In this document: one piece after another, positions 1 through 9,797 of the stretch
Layout of the letters: every line of letters starts with the position of its first letter
How positions within the stretch are numbered: the first letter of the stretch is position 1
Assembly: GCA_964536135.1 (NCBI GenBank)
Contig: CAZHVM010000001.1
Coordinates: 29,268 to 93,267 of the forward strand
DNA: 64,000 nt
Reading direction: 5' to 3'
Origin: an uncultured Candidatus Saccharibacteria bacterium
GTDB lineage: Bacteria; Patescibacteriota; Dojkabacteria; SC72
The notes under the pieces: generated by a model
Databases searched by the model: none
What the model saw: only the letters and a program-made list of their open reading frames with translations
What the model was told of the DNA's origin: nothing
Position numbers and translations under genes: made by a program

Positions 1-389
1 TTTGAGTCCGAGAATTTCTTTGAATCTCCTATTCCAATACTAGAAATCTTCTCTAGAAATTCTTCATTTAAAAAACATGCGACTACTACAAGAGGTCCAA
101 AGTAATCTCCCTTTCCTACCTCATCTACACCAAGATGGGCAACAACATCACTGTCATCCTCTCTGTTATTTTTAACTGCAGTAATTATGTTTGTAAAATC
201 TTCACTCCCTTGGAATACCAATTTACCACTAGTGTAAAGGATTACATTGGAACCCTCAGGACTTTTCATCCGAAATTTAGCATATGGATTATTTACGTAC
301 TCCTCTTTCCATCCGTATGCTTCTAGTACATCTTCCGCATTCTCTCTTTGAACTTCATCTAATTGTATAGTGACAGTATTTTGTATCAT
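1..389 (-). CDS. rnhC: Ribonuclease HIII (runs off the left window edge)
   Basis: Not in the ORF track. Minus-strand frame from ATG at 389 reads ...AHLGVDEVGKGDYFGPLVVVACF..., the RNase HII/HIII DE-x-GKGD-x-FGP motif, after an ~85-aa N-terminal extension typical of HIII. Confidence 0.85.
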   Translation of the reverse strand, partial: MIQNTVTIQLDEVQRENAEDVLEAYGWKEEYVNNPYAKFRMKSPEGSNVILYTSGKLVFQGSEDFTNIITAVKNNREDDSDVVAHLGVDEVGKGDYFGPLVVVACFLNEEFLEKISSIGIGDSKKFSDS

Positions 390-1823
390 CTATTTCTTTT
401 GGTACTTGGTACCTTGGGCTGTATCTAAAATTACATATCCAGCATCTTCTATCTTCTTCCTGTATTCATCTGCTTTAGTATAATCTTTGTTTACTCTAGC
501 TTCATCTCTGAGCTTTGCATACTCCTCAATATCGTTTCCTAGCTCTACTTTTGTATCTTCAATCTTGTCTAGATCTAATCCTAGTACTTTGTCAAAATCT
601 AAGACAGAAGCAAGGATATCTTCCTTCTTTTCGGAAGACTTTAGTAGTTCATTTAGTATGGATAGGACTTCAGACATATTTAGGTTGTTCTCTAAAGCAT
701 CTCTAAATCTTTGAATATATCCTTCTAAAAGATTTCCTTTCTCAGTTCCAAGCTCCTTTACTCTTTTGTTAATATTTAATCTTGCATTTCGAGCACCTTC
801 AAGAGCTTCTTGGGAGAATGTAAGCTTGGTATGGTAATTAACAGATGCAAAAAGATATCTAATGTCTAATGGATCAAATCCTTTTTCTATGATTTCAGGT
901 AATGTGTCTGCATTTTTATCACTCTTGGATAATTTTGCATTATCTTTGTTTACTAGCCATTCATTATGTATCCAATATTTAACTACACCGTGTCCAAAAG
1001 CACCAATGTTTTGAGCTCTTTCATTTGGATGATGCACTGGAATATGGTCTATACCACCAGTGTGGATGTCAAAATATTCCCCAAGAATTTTTGTACCCAT
1101 CGCAGAGCACTCTATGTGCCAACCTGGGAATCCCTCCCCCCATGGTGAATTCCAATTCATAATGTGATTTGCATATTTACCAGTTTTCTTCATCCAAAGA
1201 ACAAAGTCTGCAGGATTTTTCTTCGCAGAATCCACTTCTACTTCATCCCTTACTCCAACTTCCTTCTCTTCTAGTTTCTGACCTGTAAAGATTGTGTAGT
1301 CTGGAATTTTTGTAACATCAAAGTAAAGGGCCTGTTCTGTTTCGTATGTGTATCCGTTCTGCTCCATCTTCTTAATCAGAGATATCATCTCCTCAATGTA
1401 ACTGGTTGCTCTGCACCAACCATACTTTTCAATTTCTTGATGATTTAATTCCGAGGGAATATTCTCACCAATAGGAGTAAGTACATTTAATGCTCTAAAA
1501 TCTTCTAAAACAGTATCTATATATTTATTTGCAATATCTAGTGGTTGTACACCCTCTTGCTTGGCTTGGACATCAAATTTCTCTTCACCAAAATCTTCAT
1601 CGTGAGTCATATGTCCTACATCTGTTATATTCATAACTCTCTTCACATCGTAACCTAGATACAGTAATGCTCTATGAAGAATGTCCCAATTTATATATGC
1701 TCGGATATTCCCAAGATGCATACGGTAGTAAACTGTTGGGCCACAGCTATATATTGAGATCTGCCCCTCTTTTATAGGAACAATATCTACAATCTTTTTG
1801 TCTAGTGTACTGTAAAGCTTCAT
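390..1823 (-). CDS. cysS: Cysteine--tRNA ligase
   Basis: [31 protein letters not shown] and KLSKS motifs. Confidence 0.97.
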   Translation of the reverse strand: MKLYSTLDKKIVDIVPIKEGQISIYSCGPTVYYRMHLGNIRAYINWDILHRALLYLGYDVKRVMNITDVGHMTHDEDFGEEKFDVQAKQEGVQPLDIANKYIDTVLEDFRALNVLTPIGENIPSELNHQEIEKYGWCRATSYIEEMISLIKKMEQNGYTYETEQALYFDVTKIPDYTIFTGQKLEEKEVGVRDEVEVDSAKKNPADFVLWMKKTGKYANHIMNWNSPWGEGFPGWHIECSAMGTKILGEYFDIHTGGIDHIPVHHPNERAQNIGAFGHGVVKYWIHNEWLVNKDNAKLSKSDKNADTLPEIIEKGFDPLDIRYLFASVNYHTKLTFSQEALEGARNARLNINKRVKELGTEKGNLLEGYIQRFRDALENNLNMSEVLSILNELLKSSEKKEDILASVLDFDKVLGLDLDKIEDTKVELGNDIEEYAKLRDEARVNKDYTKADEYRKKIEDAGYVILDTAQGTKYQKK

Positions 1824-2446
1824 TAAATATCTCTCCTTCCTTCTAATGCTCTCTTTAATGTTAATCTATCTGCATATTCTAGATCTGCCCCCGTTGGAAG
1901 ACCCATTGCTAATCTAGATATCTTTATTTTACCCTCTTTTAGTAAATTCTTAAACAAATCTAGAATATAGTTAGATGTAGCTTCCCCCTCCAGACTTGGG
2001 TTAGTTGCTACAATTACCTCTACTGTATCATTCTCCTTCAAAAGCTCGTCTACCCTACCCTTTAATTCTGCAAACCTAATTTCATCTGCCCCTATACCAT
2101 CAGCTGGAGATATAACTCCACCTAAAACAAAATAAAAACCATCATATACCGCGGAATTCTCAAAAGCTACAACATCCAAAGGCTCCTCTACTACACACAG
2201 CTTGTTCGTTTTTCTTAACTTACTTGAACAGATATCACAAATATCTTTATCTGAAACGTTAAAACATTTACTACAGCTTTTTACTTCCAAATCCATTTGA
2301 GTTAAAGCTTTCGCCAATTTAGTAGCATCTTTGTTTGGAGATCTTAAAAAATGGTAAACCATTCTCGACGCTGACTTAGGACCAACACCTGGTAACTTAC
2401 TAAACTCATCTATAACTTGTTCTACAGATTTTGGAAGTACAGACAT
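1823..2446 (-). CDS. recR: Recombination mediator RecR
   Basis: LPGVGPKSA HhH, C4 zinc finger, TOPRIM (VVEEP, ATNPSLEGEAT). Confidence 0.97.
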   Translation of the reverse strand: MSVLPKSVEQVIDEFSKLPGVGPKSASRMVYHFLRSPNKDATKLAKALTQMDLEVKSCSKCFNVSDKDICDICSSKLRKTNKLCVVEEPLDVVAFENSAVYDGFYFVLGGVISPADGIGADEIRFAELKGRVDELLKENDTVEVIVATNPSLEGEATSNYILDLFKNLLKEGKIKISRLAMGLPTGADLEYADRLTLKRALEGRRDI

Positions 2447-2447
2447 A

Positions 2448-2738
2448 TTATCCTAGCATGCTCTTTAATTGACTCAAATCCATATCTGCAACCATCTCCT
2501 TCTGAAGCTTCTTTTGATAATCCTTAAATGCATCCTTAAAGTGCTTTCTTAATTCATCTGACATATCTGGAGAAAGTAGTTGGTCATCTACACGAAGATC
2601 TTCTAATTCCTGCGCAGCATTCATGTAGAGCTTTACCAATCCATCTTTTGATTCCCCTGTAATTCTCCTCTCTCGAAGCTTCTGTTGCATTTTTTTAGCT
2701 TCACTTTGCATTCTAAGTAGTTCAACTGGATTTATCAT
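2448..2738 (-). CDS. YbaB/EbfC family nucleoid-associated protein
   Basis: 96 aa, AKKMQQKL..GES.DGLV pattern; conserved dnaX-ybaB-recR order. Confidence 0.88.
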   Translation of the reverse strand: MINPVELLRMQSEAKKMQQKLRERRITGESKDGLVKLYMNAAQELEDLRVDDQLLSPDMSDELRKHFKDAFKDYQKKLQKEMVADMDLSQLKSMLG

Positions 2739-2800
2739 TTTTATATGATGAAAATATTAAATATATATTAATATTATATCTCAATTGGGGAAGTTAAACA

Positions 2801-4369
2801 CTACATACCCTCAAAAATTGCTTCGACCTCTTTCTTCATATTTCTACTTGAAGCTTCTTTCTTCTTCGGAGGGGCAGACGGTAGATTCCGAAGAACAAAT
2901 TCTGCTTCTGATTTTCTCTTTGGTTTTACATCTTCATTAACATTACACACTACCTTGCAGTTAACACCGTATACCTTTTGGAAAGTTGTAGATATGATAT
3001 CTCTACTTCTTGGAATCTCTATTCTGTCCTTGTGGAATGCAAAAGGGACTTCAAGAAGAAGAGTATTTTCATCAAAACTAACAACCTTAGCACCACCTAG
3101 AAATGCATACAAATGACCATTAAAAGGCTTAACCTCATTAACAAACTTTTCCCACTTCGCTCTTACATCCTCGACAGAAATGTTTTCATCTATTATATTG
3201 TCTTCTTCTTCCTCCTCCTCAGATTCTTCTGTCGTCTCTTTTGGTTCTTCTTCTGTCTGTTGTATCTTCTTTTTTACATCTGTATTTACAATTTTAATTT
3301 CTTCATTATCTACCTTTGCCATTTCTGGGATTATCATTTCTAAAACAAGCCCTTGGTTGCTTGAATATTTAATCTTGTTTTCTGCGTCCAAAAACAGATT
3401 AATAAGTTTGTGAAGGATCTTTAAATCTGTATCCTTAGCAAAAACATACTCCTTAGAAACCTTTCCCTTTATCTTCTCTACCAACATAGTTCGCAATATC
3501 TCTAAGGCATAGTTTGTAAACTGTTGGAGATTAACACCCTTCTTTTCCAAATTTTCAATTACCTCTAGGGACCTTTTTCCACTTCCTTCAAGTAGGCTCC
3601 TAAGAAGAGAAATTACCAAGTCAAAATCTGGAAGACCAAGAATATCTCTTACATCTCGCTCCGAGATATTTTTAATTCCCTCACCTCTTCCACTGTAAAC
3701 AACATCTAGAAGAGAAAGAGCGTCTCTGTAGCTTCCTTTGGCATTCTGAACAAGTATATCTACTGCTTCTTTTGCAATCTTTATGTCTTCCTTCGCAGCA
3801 ACTTCCTTTAAAAGTTTCTCTATCTCGTCATTAGTACCAAGTCTGAAGTCATATCTTTGGCATCTTGAAAGAATTGTGGGCGGAAGCTTGTGTACATCCG
3901 TTGTTGCGAGAATGAATATGACATGGGCAGGTGGTTCCTCCAAGGTCTTTAAAAGGGCATTGAAAGCCTCCGTTGTAAGCATATGTACTTCATCTATGAC
4001 ATAGACCTTGTACTTACTATCTGTAGGAGAGTATTCAATCTTCTCTTTTAATTCTCTAATCTGGTCAATACCTCTGTTTGATGCTGCATCTATCTCCATT
4101 AAATCCATTAATTTACCAGTTGTTATACCAACACACACCTCACATTCATTACAGGGATTACCATCTTCCTTTGGATGAAGACAATTTACTGCTTTTGCGA
4201 GTATCCTTGCAGCACTGGTCTTTCCGGTACCACGAGAGCCTACAAAAAGATATGCTTGAGATATCTGGTTTGTTTTAACTGCGTTCTTAAGCAGCTTCGT
4301 AATATGCCCCTGACCTATCAGCTGGTCAAAATCTTGGGCACGGTATTTTCGGTAAAGGACTGAAGACAT
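2801..4369 (-). CDS. dnaX: DNA polymerase III subunit gamma/tau
   Basis: LYRKYR, GSRGTGKT Walker A, DEVHML, SRC motif. Start moved to ATG 4369 (MSSVLY). Confidence 0.96.
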   Translation of the reverse strand: MSSVLYRKYRAQDFDQLIGQGHITKLLKNAVKTNQISQAYLFVGSRGTGKTSAARILAKAVNCLHPKEDGNPCNECEVCVGITTGKLMDLMEIDAASNRGIDQIRELKEKIEYSPTDSKYKVYVIDEVHMLTTEAFNALLKTLEEPPAHVIFILATTDVHKLPPTILSRCQRYDFRLGTNDEIEKLLKEVAAKEDIKIAKEAVDILVQNAKGSYRDALSLLDVVYSGRGEGIKNISERDVRDILGLPDFDLVISLLRSLLEGSGKRSLEVIENLEKKGVNLQQFTNYALEILRTMLVEKIKGKVSKEYVFAKDTDLKILHKLINLFLDAENKIKYSSNQGLVLEMIIPEMAKVDNEEIKIVNTDVKKKIQQTEEEPKETTEESEEEEEEDNIIDENISVEDVRAKWEKFVNEVKPFNGHLYAFLGGAKVVSFDENTLLLEVPFAFHKDRIEIPRSRDIISTTFQKVYGVNCKVVCNVNEDVKPKRKSEAEFVLRNLPSAPPKKKEASSRNMKKEVEAIFEGM

Positions 4370-4451
4370 GGTATATACTAGAGTAAATATATATAGGTAC
4401 ACAAGTGAAAAATATTTGCTCAAAGAAGGCTCTGTGCGAAAGGATTATCCC

Positions 4452-6848
4452 CTACCCCCTTGCTTTTATTTTTTCAATTGCTTCGGAAAGCATTTGTGTA
4501 TACAAACCGTACCCAACTGAGTTAATAGTTCCAGACTGATTCTTCCCTAAGATATCTCCTGCTCCTCTAATTTCCAAATCTCTGTTTGAAAGCAAGAATC
4601 CTGAGCCTAAACTTTGAGAATCTCGCAGAGCATCGAGTCTTAAAACAGCGTTTTCCGTTAAAGTATCAAAGAAGAAATATGCATAGGCCTGCTCAAGAGA
4701 TCTACCTACCCTTCCTCTAATTTGATACATTTGTGAAAGTCCCAATCTTGAGGCATCGTCAACAATTAGGGTGTTTGCATTTGGTATATCCAAGCCATTT
4801 TCAATAATCGTAGTACACAAAAGGATGTCTGTTTTCTTAGATACAAAATCTGACATTCTCTCTGAGAGATATTTGCTCCCCATCTGTCCATGTACTACAT
4901 CTACAGCTGCTTTTGGAAACAACTCTTGCAGCTTCTTTTGAATGGACAGGATATTACCAATCCTGTTGTGCAAGAAATATACCTGGCCCTCTCTGTCCAT
5001 CTCCTTTTGGATTGCCTTTACAATACTGTCCCAATTAAAATGTTCAAAACTGTTCACAATATCCTTTCTTCCACTAGGAGGTACTGCCAAAACAGAGATA
5101 TCTCGCACTCCCATAAGAGCCATATTCAAGGTTCTTGGAATTGGCGTAGCCGTTAGAGAAAGAACATTACTGTTAACTCTCATTCCTTTAATCTTTTCCT
5201 TTTGCTTAACACCAAATTTCTGTTCTTCATCTACTACAAGAAGTCCCAGATTTTTAAACTGAACTTCATCAGCAAGCAGAGAGTGTGTACCAACTACAAT
5301 ATCCACGATTCCATTTTTTAGCCCATGCAAGACTCTCTCTCTCTCTACTTCTGTTGAAAATCTTGAAAGACTTTGGATGTTGAATGGATAATTTTTAAAT
5401 CTCTCTCGAAGTACAGTTAAATGTTGTTGTACAAGAATTGTCGTAGGAGCAAGAAATGCTACCTGAAATCCACTATTTACAACTGGGAACATTGCTCTCA
5501 TCGCTATCTCCGTCTTCCCAAAACCGACATCTCCTACAAGTAACCTATCCATGGGCCTTCCCTTTTTGAAATCTTGTTCTATCTGGTCAGTCGCAAGTAT
5601 CTGGTCATCTGTATCTGTGTATTCGAACTGTTTAACAAAGGTCTTAAAACTATCCCTATCTTCGTCTTCGAGGGTAAACACCGACTGCGCAGTCTCTCTC
5701 ATTGCATACAGCATTAAAAGCTCTTTGGCTATCTCCTCTGCACGCTCAGAGGCTTTTTGCGAAATTCTCTTCCAGCTTCCACTGTTTAAGCCAGTAAGTA
5801 TTGGCTTACCTTTACCCGCACCGATATATTTTGTTAATTTTTCTGATGCGCTAAGCGGTACATACAATTTATCCTCTCCTGTGTAGGATATTTCAATGTA
5901 GAAACCTTTGTCTCTTTCTACAACACCTACAAATTTTCCAATTCCATGGTCCTCATGGACAAGATATTCCCCTGGGGTAACCTTTTTCAAAATTTCTACA
6001 CTATTTGGATCCAAACTCTTGTTTACTTTCTCAAAGTTGGAGAGATCTATCTCTCCTAGCACTTCTAAATCTGTCAATACTACAACTTTGTTTCTTTGTG
6101 ATACAAAACCTCTGGTAGAGATATTTCTTTTTTCTGTAAATACTTGGTCTATCATTCCCAAAACATCCTTTTGGACTAATTTCTCAACTCTTTCTCCCTT
6201 GTCTGTGACATACCATATTTTAAATTTCCTACTTCTGAAATTTTTTACAATCTCTTTTAATACCTTAGGATTAGAAAAATTTTCAATACCAGGGATACTT
6301 CGCAATTCTAAATCTACATACTCATCCTCGCTCACCCTTGGGACTATATCTATAATCTCCTCACCAACGGCATCCTCATTTCCCAGATATATTTTGGAAC
6401 CTTCAGAAACAAATACTCTTTCATTTACATCTTTAATCTTTTTTCTTGTTTGAGAATCTACTACAGCCATCTCTTCAATCTTTTCACCCAAAAGACTAAT
6501 TCGCAGGACATTGTTTGTGCTAAATGGCCACACTACAACAACATCTCCTAGAACGGAAAGCTCACCTTCACACCAGACTCTCTCTACACATGTATATCCT
6601 AAGTCAAGAAGATTGGAGATATTGAACATGTCTCCTTTTTTAATTGTGAGAAGTTTCTTCTGAAGATTTTCGCCACTATCTCGAAGGAAAATTTTCTTGT
6701 TTAATATATTTCCCAGAAGTTCGGCAGAGAATTCCAAAAGGTAGGATTCTATACCAGACACTTTTTTAGTCTTTAAAATCCCCTCTTTTATCTCTTTTAA
6801 ATTTTTACTTAGCTCTTTTGTAATATTTACCACGCCATATTTTATCAA
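4452..6848 (-). CDS. mfd: Transcription-repair coupling factor Mfd (shortened)
   Basis: CarD/RID domain (VHEDHGIG), GDVGFGKT, DEEQKFG, TATPIPRT, QIRGRVGR and DLEIRGAG motifs. Confidence 0.92.
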   Translation of the reverse strand: MIKYGVVNITKELSKNLKEIKEGILKTKKVSGIESYLLEFSAELLGNILNKKIFLRDSGENLQKKLLTIKKGDMFNISNLLDLGYTCVERVWCEGELSVLGDVVVVWPFSTNNVLRISLLGEKIEEMAVVDSQTRKKIKDVNERVFVSEGSKIYLGNEDAVGEEIIDIVPRVSEDEYVDLELRSIPGIENFSNPKVLKEIVKNFRSRKFKIWYVTDKGERVEKLVQKDVLGMIDQVFTEKRNISTRGFVSQRNKVVVLTDLEVLGEIDLSNFEKVNKSLDPNSVEILKKVTPGEYLVHEDHGIGKFVGVVERDKGFYIEISYTGEDKLYVPLSASEKLTKYIGAGKGKPILTGLNSGSWKRISQKASERAEEIAKELLMLYAMRETAQSVFTLEDEDRDSFKTFVKQFEYTDTDDQILATDQIEQDFKKGRPMDRLLVGDVGFGKTEIAMRAMFPVVNSGFQVAFLAPTTILVQQHLTVLRERFKNYPFNIQSLSRFSTEVERERVLHGLKNGIVDIVVGTHSLLADEVQFKNLGLLVVDEEQKFGVKQKEKIKGMRVNSNVLSLTATPIPRTLNMALMGVRDISVLAVPPSGRKDIVNSFEHFNWDSIVKAIQKEMDREGQVYFLHNRIGNILSIQKKLQELFPKAAVDVVHGQMGSKYLSERMSDFVSKKTDILLCTTIIENGLDIPNANTLIVDDASRLGLSQMYQIRGRVGRSLEQAYAYFFFDTLTENAVLRLDALRDSQSLGSGFLLSNRDLEIRGAGDILGKNQSGTINSVGYGLYTQMLSEAIEKIKARG

Positions 6849-6898
6849 TCAAACAAGAATATGTATAATTGAAAAGATAAAATAATAAACAGACAAAT

Positions 6899-8101
6899 AT
6901 GTTTTTAGCACACGGCCCCATTTCGTATCTTGCAAACGAGGTTATTCAGAAGAAAAAGATCTCAAATTTAAAATTCCATGAGCAAATACTGGTAAGTATA
7001 TTGGCAATCCTTTTTGGTATTCTTCCAGATATTGATTTGCTAATACTTCCAATGTTCTCTATTCCACAGTTTTCTCACCACAACTACTTTACCCATGCTC
7101 CTCTGTTCTACATAGGTATATGGTTAATACTTAAACTAAAGGTAGCCATATTCGACAGAATAGTTAACAAGAAAACTTTAGCTGTACTTCATCATGATTT
7201 AATGAATGTAATTCTCAACACCTTCCTCATAGCTACAATGGTGCATTTCCTTGCAGATACACTAACTGGAGGGATCATGTTGCTCTATCCAATTTCTACA
7301 TTCAAATTCAGTATCCTTTCTTCCTTCATGGTACCCAATCTCTTCCAACAGTATTTCCTACTCCCAGATTTCGCCATAGAGTTGGTTTTCTGTTCCATTT
7401 TCTTTGTACATATTTACAAGAAATTTTTCCAAAAGAATATCTTCTTTGATGTTCTTAAATATTTCTTCCTTTCTGCTTCTGCTATATTCCTTTTTGTCAC
7501 CATTTTCTTCAGTACCCAAACCTACAACAAAAATAAGATGTATGACAGTAATGGAAAGGAAAACTACGATGTAGATATGGATGGGTTATATGACAAGAAG
7601 GATATGGATATTGATAATGATGGTGTAGACAACATTGTAGATATTGATCTTAAGAAATTAACACAGGAAGTTAAAGATATTTCTGAGAGTGGGAAGTTAG
7701 CATCGTTTAATACTGGTTCAATTCAGTATATGTTCGGTGGTTTTGATTCATACAGATTACTTTCTCAAGCATATTTCAATATTTCATCTCCAATTGAAGG
7801 AGTTTTGAAAAATACTGTAAAAGAGAGAGAGTACTGGACCAAATTAAGCTATCCTGAGCTCCTGTATGGCTATTTTAACTCAAAATCCCTACTCAAGGAG
7901 TTAGATGTAACTCAAGAGAGTGTTTTAAATATTGGGACCTTAATATTCCTTTTGGACGAAAATGACAAAGTAGTGAATATCGCTTTGGTTGTAGATGAAG
8001 ATAGTGTTGGAGTTGTACTATCACAAGACAGACAGTTAAAAACACATACCTTGCAAGAATTGTTCGAAAGCGAATATACTAGTGTAAAGGTTACCAAATA
8101 A
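6899..8101 (+). CDS. Membrane metal-dependent hydrolase (YdjM/LexA-binding-like) with Asp-rich repeat and C-terminal soluble domain
   Basis: N-terminal H, LPDID, HH.YFTH and H..AD motifs in TM region; DxDxDG repeats follow. Confidence 0.65.
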   Translation: MFLAHGPISYLANEVIQKKKISNLKFHEQILVSILAILFGILPDIDLLILPMFSIPQFSHHNYFTHAPLFYIGIWLILKLKVAIFDRIVNKKTLAVLHHDLMNVILNTFLIATMVHFLADTLTGGIMLLYPISTFKFSILSSFMVPNLFQQYFLLPDFAIELVFCSIFFVHIYKKFFQKNIFFDVLKYFFLSASAIFLFVTIFFSTQTYNKNKMYDSNGKENYDVDMDGLYDKKDMDIDNDGVDNIVDIDLKKLTQEVKDISESGKLASFNTGSIQYMFGGFDSYRLLSQAYFNISSPIEGVLKNTVKEREYWTKLSYPELLYGYFNSKSLLKELDVTQESVLNIGTLIFLLDENDKVVNIALVVDEDSVGVVLSQDRQLKTHTLQELFESEYTSVKVTK

Positions 8102-8654
8102 TATCTACAAGGATTCCTTGTATGGCTTGCTGAATAGTTTCGTCAAGAATTACCTTTTCTTCTTCTGTAAATTTCATTAGTACATAATCTTCACCTTTTA
8201 TACTCTTCTCCTGCCTGTTTTCTACCCCTATTCTTACTCTTTTGAAATTGTTTGTCCCGAGTCTATCTTCTACATTTTTAACTCCGTTATGACCATTTGG
8301 CGATTTCCCAATCTGTATTTTAAATTCTCCAAAAGCAATATCTAAGTCATCGTGTACAAGTACCATATCTTCAGAGATATTCTCTATTTCCATTTTCTTA
8401 ATAATCTTGCTTACAGCATCCCCAGATTTATTCATGAAAGTCATTGGTTTAACCAATACAGCAACGATGGTAGAGGATCTTTTTACAAAGGATATCTCAG
8501 ATTGAAAGGTGTCTTCTACTCTCCATTCAGTAGCATATATATCTTTTTGGTAAAGGAATTTATCCTTAAGAGCTTCCAAGAACATAAAGCCAGCATTGTG
8601 TCTGGAGTTTGAATATTCTTTACCTGGGTTACCCAAGCCTACAATTAATCTCAT
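8091..8654 (-). CDS. pth: Peptidyl-tRNA hydrolase
   Basis: LIVGLGNPG..Y..RHNAG, KP.TFMN.SG, HDDLD, GHNG. Confidence 0.97.
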   Translation of the reverse strand: MRLIVGLGNPGKEYSNSRHNAGFMFLEALKDKFLYQKDIYATEWRVEDTFQSEISFVKRSSTIVAVLVKPMTFMNKSGDAVSKIIKKMEIENISEDMVLVHDDLDIAFGEFKIQIGKSPNGHNGVKNVEDRLGTNNFKRVRIGVENRQEKSIKGEDYVLMKFTEEEKVILDETIQQAIQGILVDIIW

Positions 8655-8665
8655 ATTTTCGAAGT

Positions 8666-9082
8666 TTACTTTAAATCTCTAAGTATATTCTCCAATATCT
8701 CCTCCTGTTTTACAAACATATCTTCTTTTTGTTTAGATATGTCATCTAGTTTTGTCTTGTGTTCAAATCCAAGTAAATGAAGGATGCCATGTATGATAAC
8801 TCTAATGAGTTCTTCTTCATAGTTTTCCACAGTCCTTTTTATGTATTTTGGGCATATGTATACTTCTCCGAGAAATCCCTCTGCATCAAGGTTAAAAGAT
8901 AACACATCTGTAACATCATCTACATTACGATATTCTTTATTGAGTCTTTGCATTTCCTTCTCATCTACAAAAATTACATTGATTGTAGATATGTCAAAGG
9001 AGGAAAATTCTTTTTGGAGAGAATTAATAACTGCATTTTCTTGTATAGATATATCGGGCCAATTGAATATCTCTAATTTCAT
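8666..9082 (-). CDS. ybeY: rRNA maturation endoribonuclease YbeY
   Basis: LN..YR..D..TDVLSF and HGILHLLGFEH. Confidence 0.95.
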   Translation of the reverse strand: MKLEIFNWPDISIQENAVINSLQKEFSSFDISTINVIFVDEKEMQRLNKEYRNVDDVTDVLSFNLDAEGFLGEVYICPKYIKRTVENYEEELIRVIIHGILHLLGFEHKTKLDDISKQKEDMFVKQEEILENILRDLK

Positions 9083-9525
9083 TTGGTTAGTATCTGAATA
9101 ACAAGATTTTTTACTGTATTACCATCTGCTTTACCAGCGGTTTCTTTCATTACAGCTCCCATTAGCTTACCCATGTCACTCATACTAGAGATATTTAATT
9201 CTTTAATCTTGTTATTTATGATTGTTTTGATATCTTCTTCTGACATTAGTTCTGGGAGATATTTCTGCAATATCTCTAATTGGGATTTTTCTTTTTCTAC
9301 AAGGTCGTTTCTTCCCATTTGTGTAAATTGGGCAATGGAATCTTCAATTTTTTTTACTTCCTTTCTGAGGATTCTCTCTTCATCTTGTACAGTCATTTCA
9401 CTTTCTTGAGTAAGTTGAGCGTTCTTAATGGATGCTATTGCCATCTTCAAGATATCGCTAGCATTAGTATTTCCTTCTTTGGAGAAGGTAAACATATCTT
9501 TTCTTAAATCATCTGTGAGAGACAT
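9079..9525 (-). CDS. GatB/YqeY domain protein
   Basis: YLP..MSE, MGKLMGAVM..GKADG; follows rpsU as is usual. Confidence 0.92.
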   Translation of the reverse strand: MSLTDDLRKDMFTFSKEGNTNASDILKMAIASIKNAQLTQESEMTVQDEERILRKEVKKIEDSIAQFTQMGRNDLVEKEKSQLEILQKYLPELMSEEDIKTIINNKIKELNISSMSDMGKLMGAVMKETAGKADGNTVKNLVIQILTK

Positions 9526-9548
9526 TTGCAAAAGCGTTAAAATTAAGA

Positions 9549-9752
9549 TTAATTTTTAGCTCTTCTTGCTGCACTTCTTCTTCTTCTTTTCATTTTTGCC
9601 CATTCTTTTCTCTTTGCAATATCCCCAAGAGAAGCTTTTACTCTGTATGCTTTTTCTCTGTATGTTTCAAGGATCTTTTCCCTAAGAACTTCTCTGTGAA
9701 GTCTTTTAAGAGCACTATCTATATTTTCGTTAGAATGTACGATTACTGACAT
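9549..9752 (-). CDS. rpsU: 30S ribosomal protein S21
   Basis: ENIDSALKR, basic C-terminus, next to yqeY. Confidence 0.92.
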   Translation of the reverse strand: MSVIVHSNENIDSALKRLHREVLREKILETYREKAYRVKASLGDIAKRKEWAKMKRRRRSAARRAKN

Positions 9753-9797
9753 ATTTATATATTTATTATGTATGCTCGGTGATTATATCATACCTGT

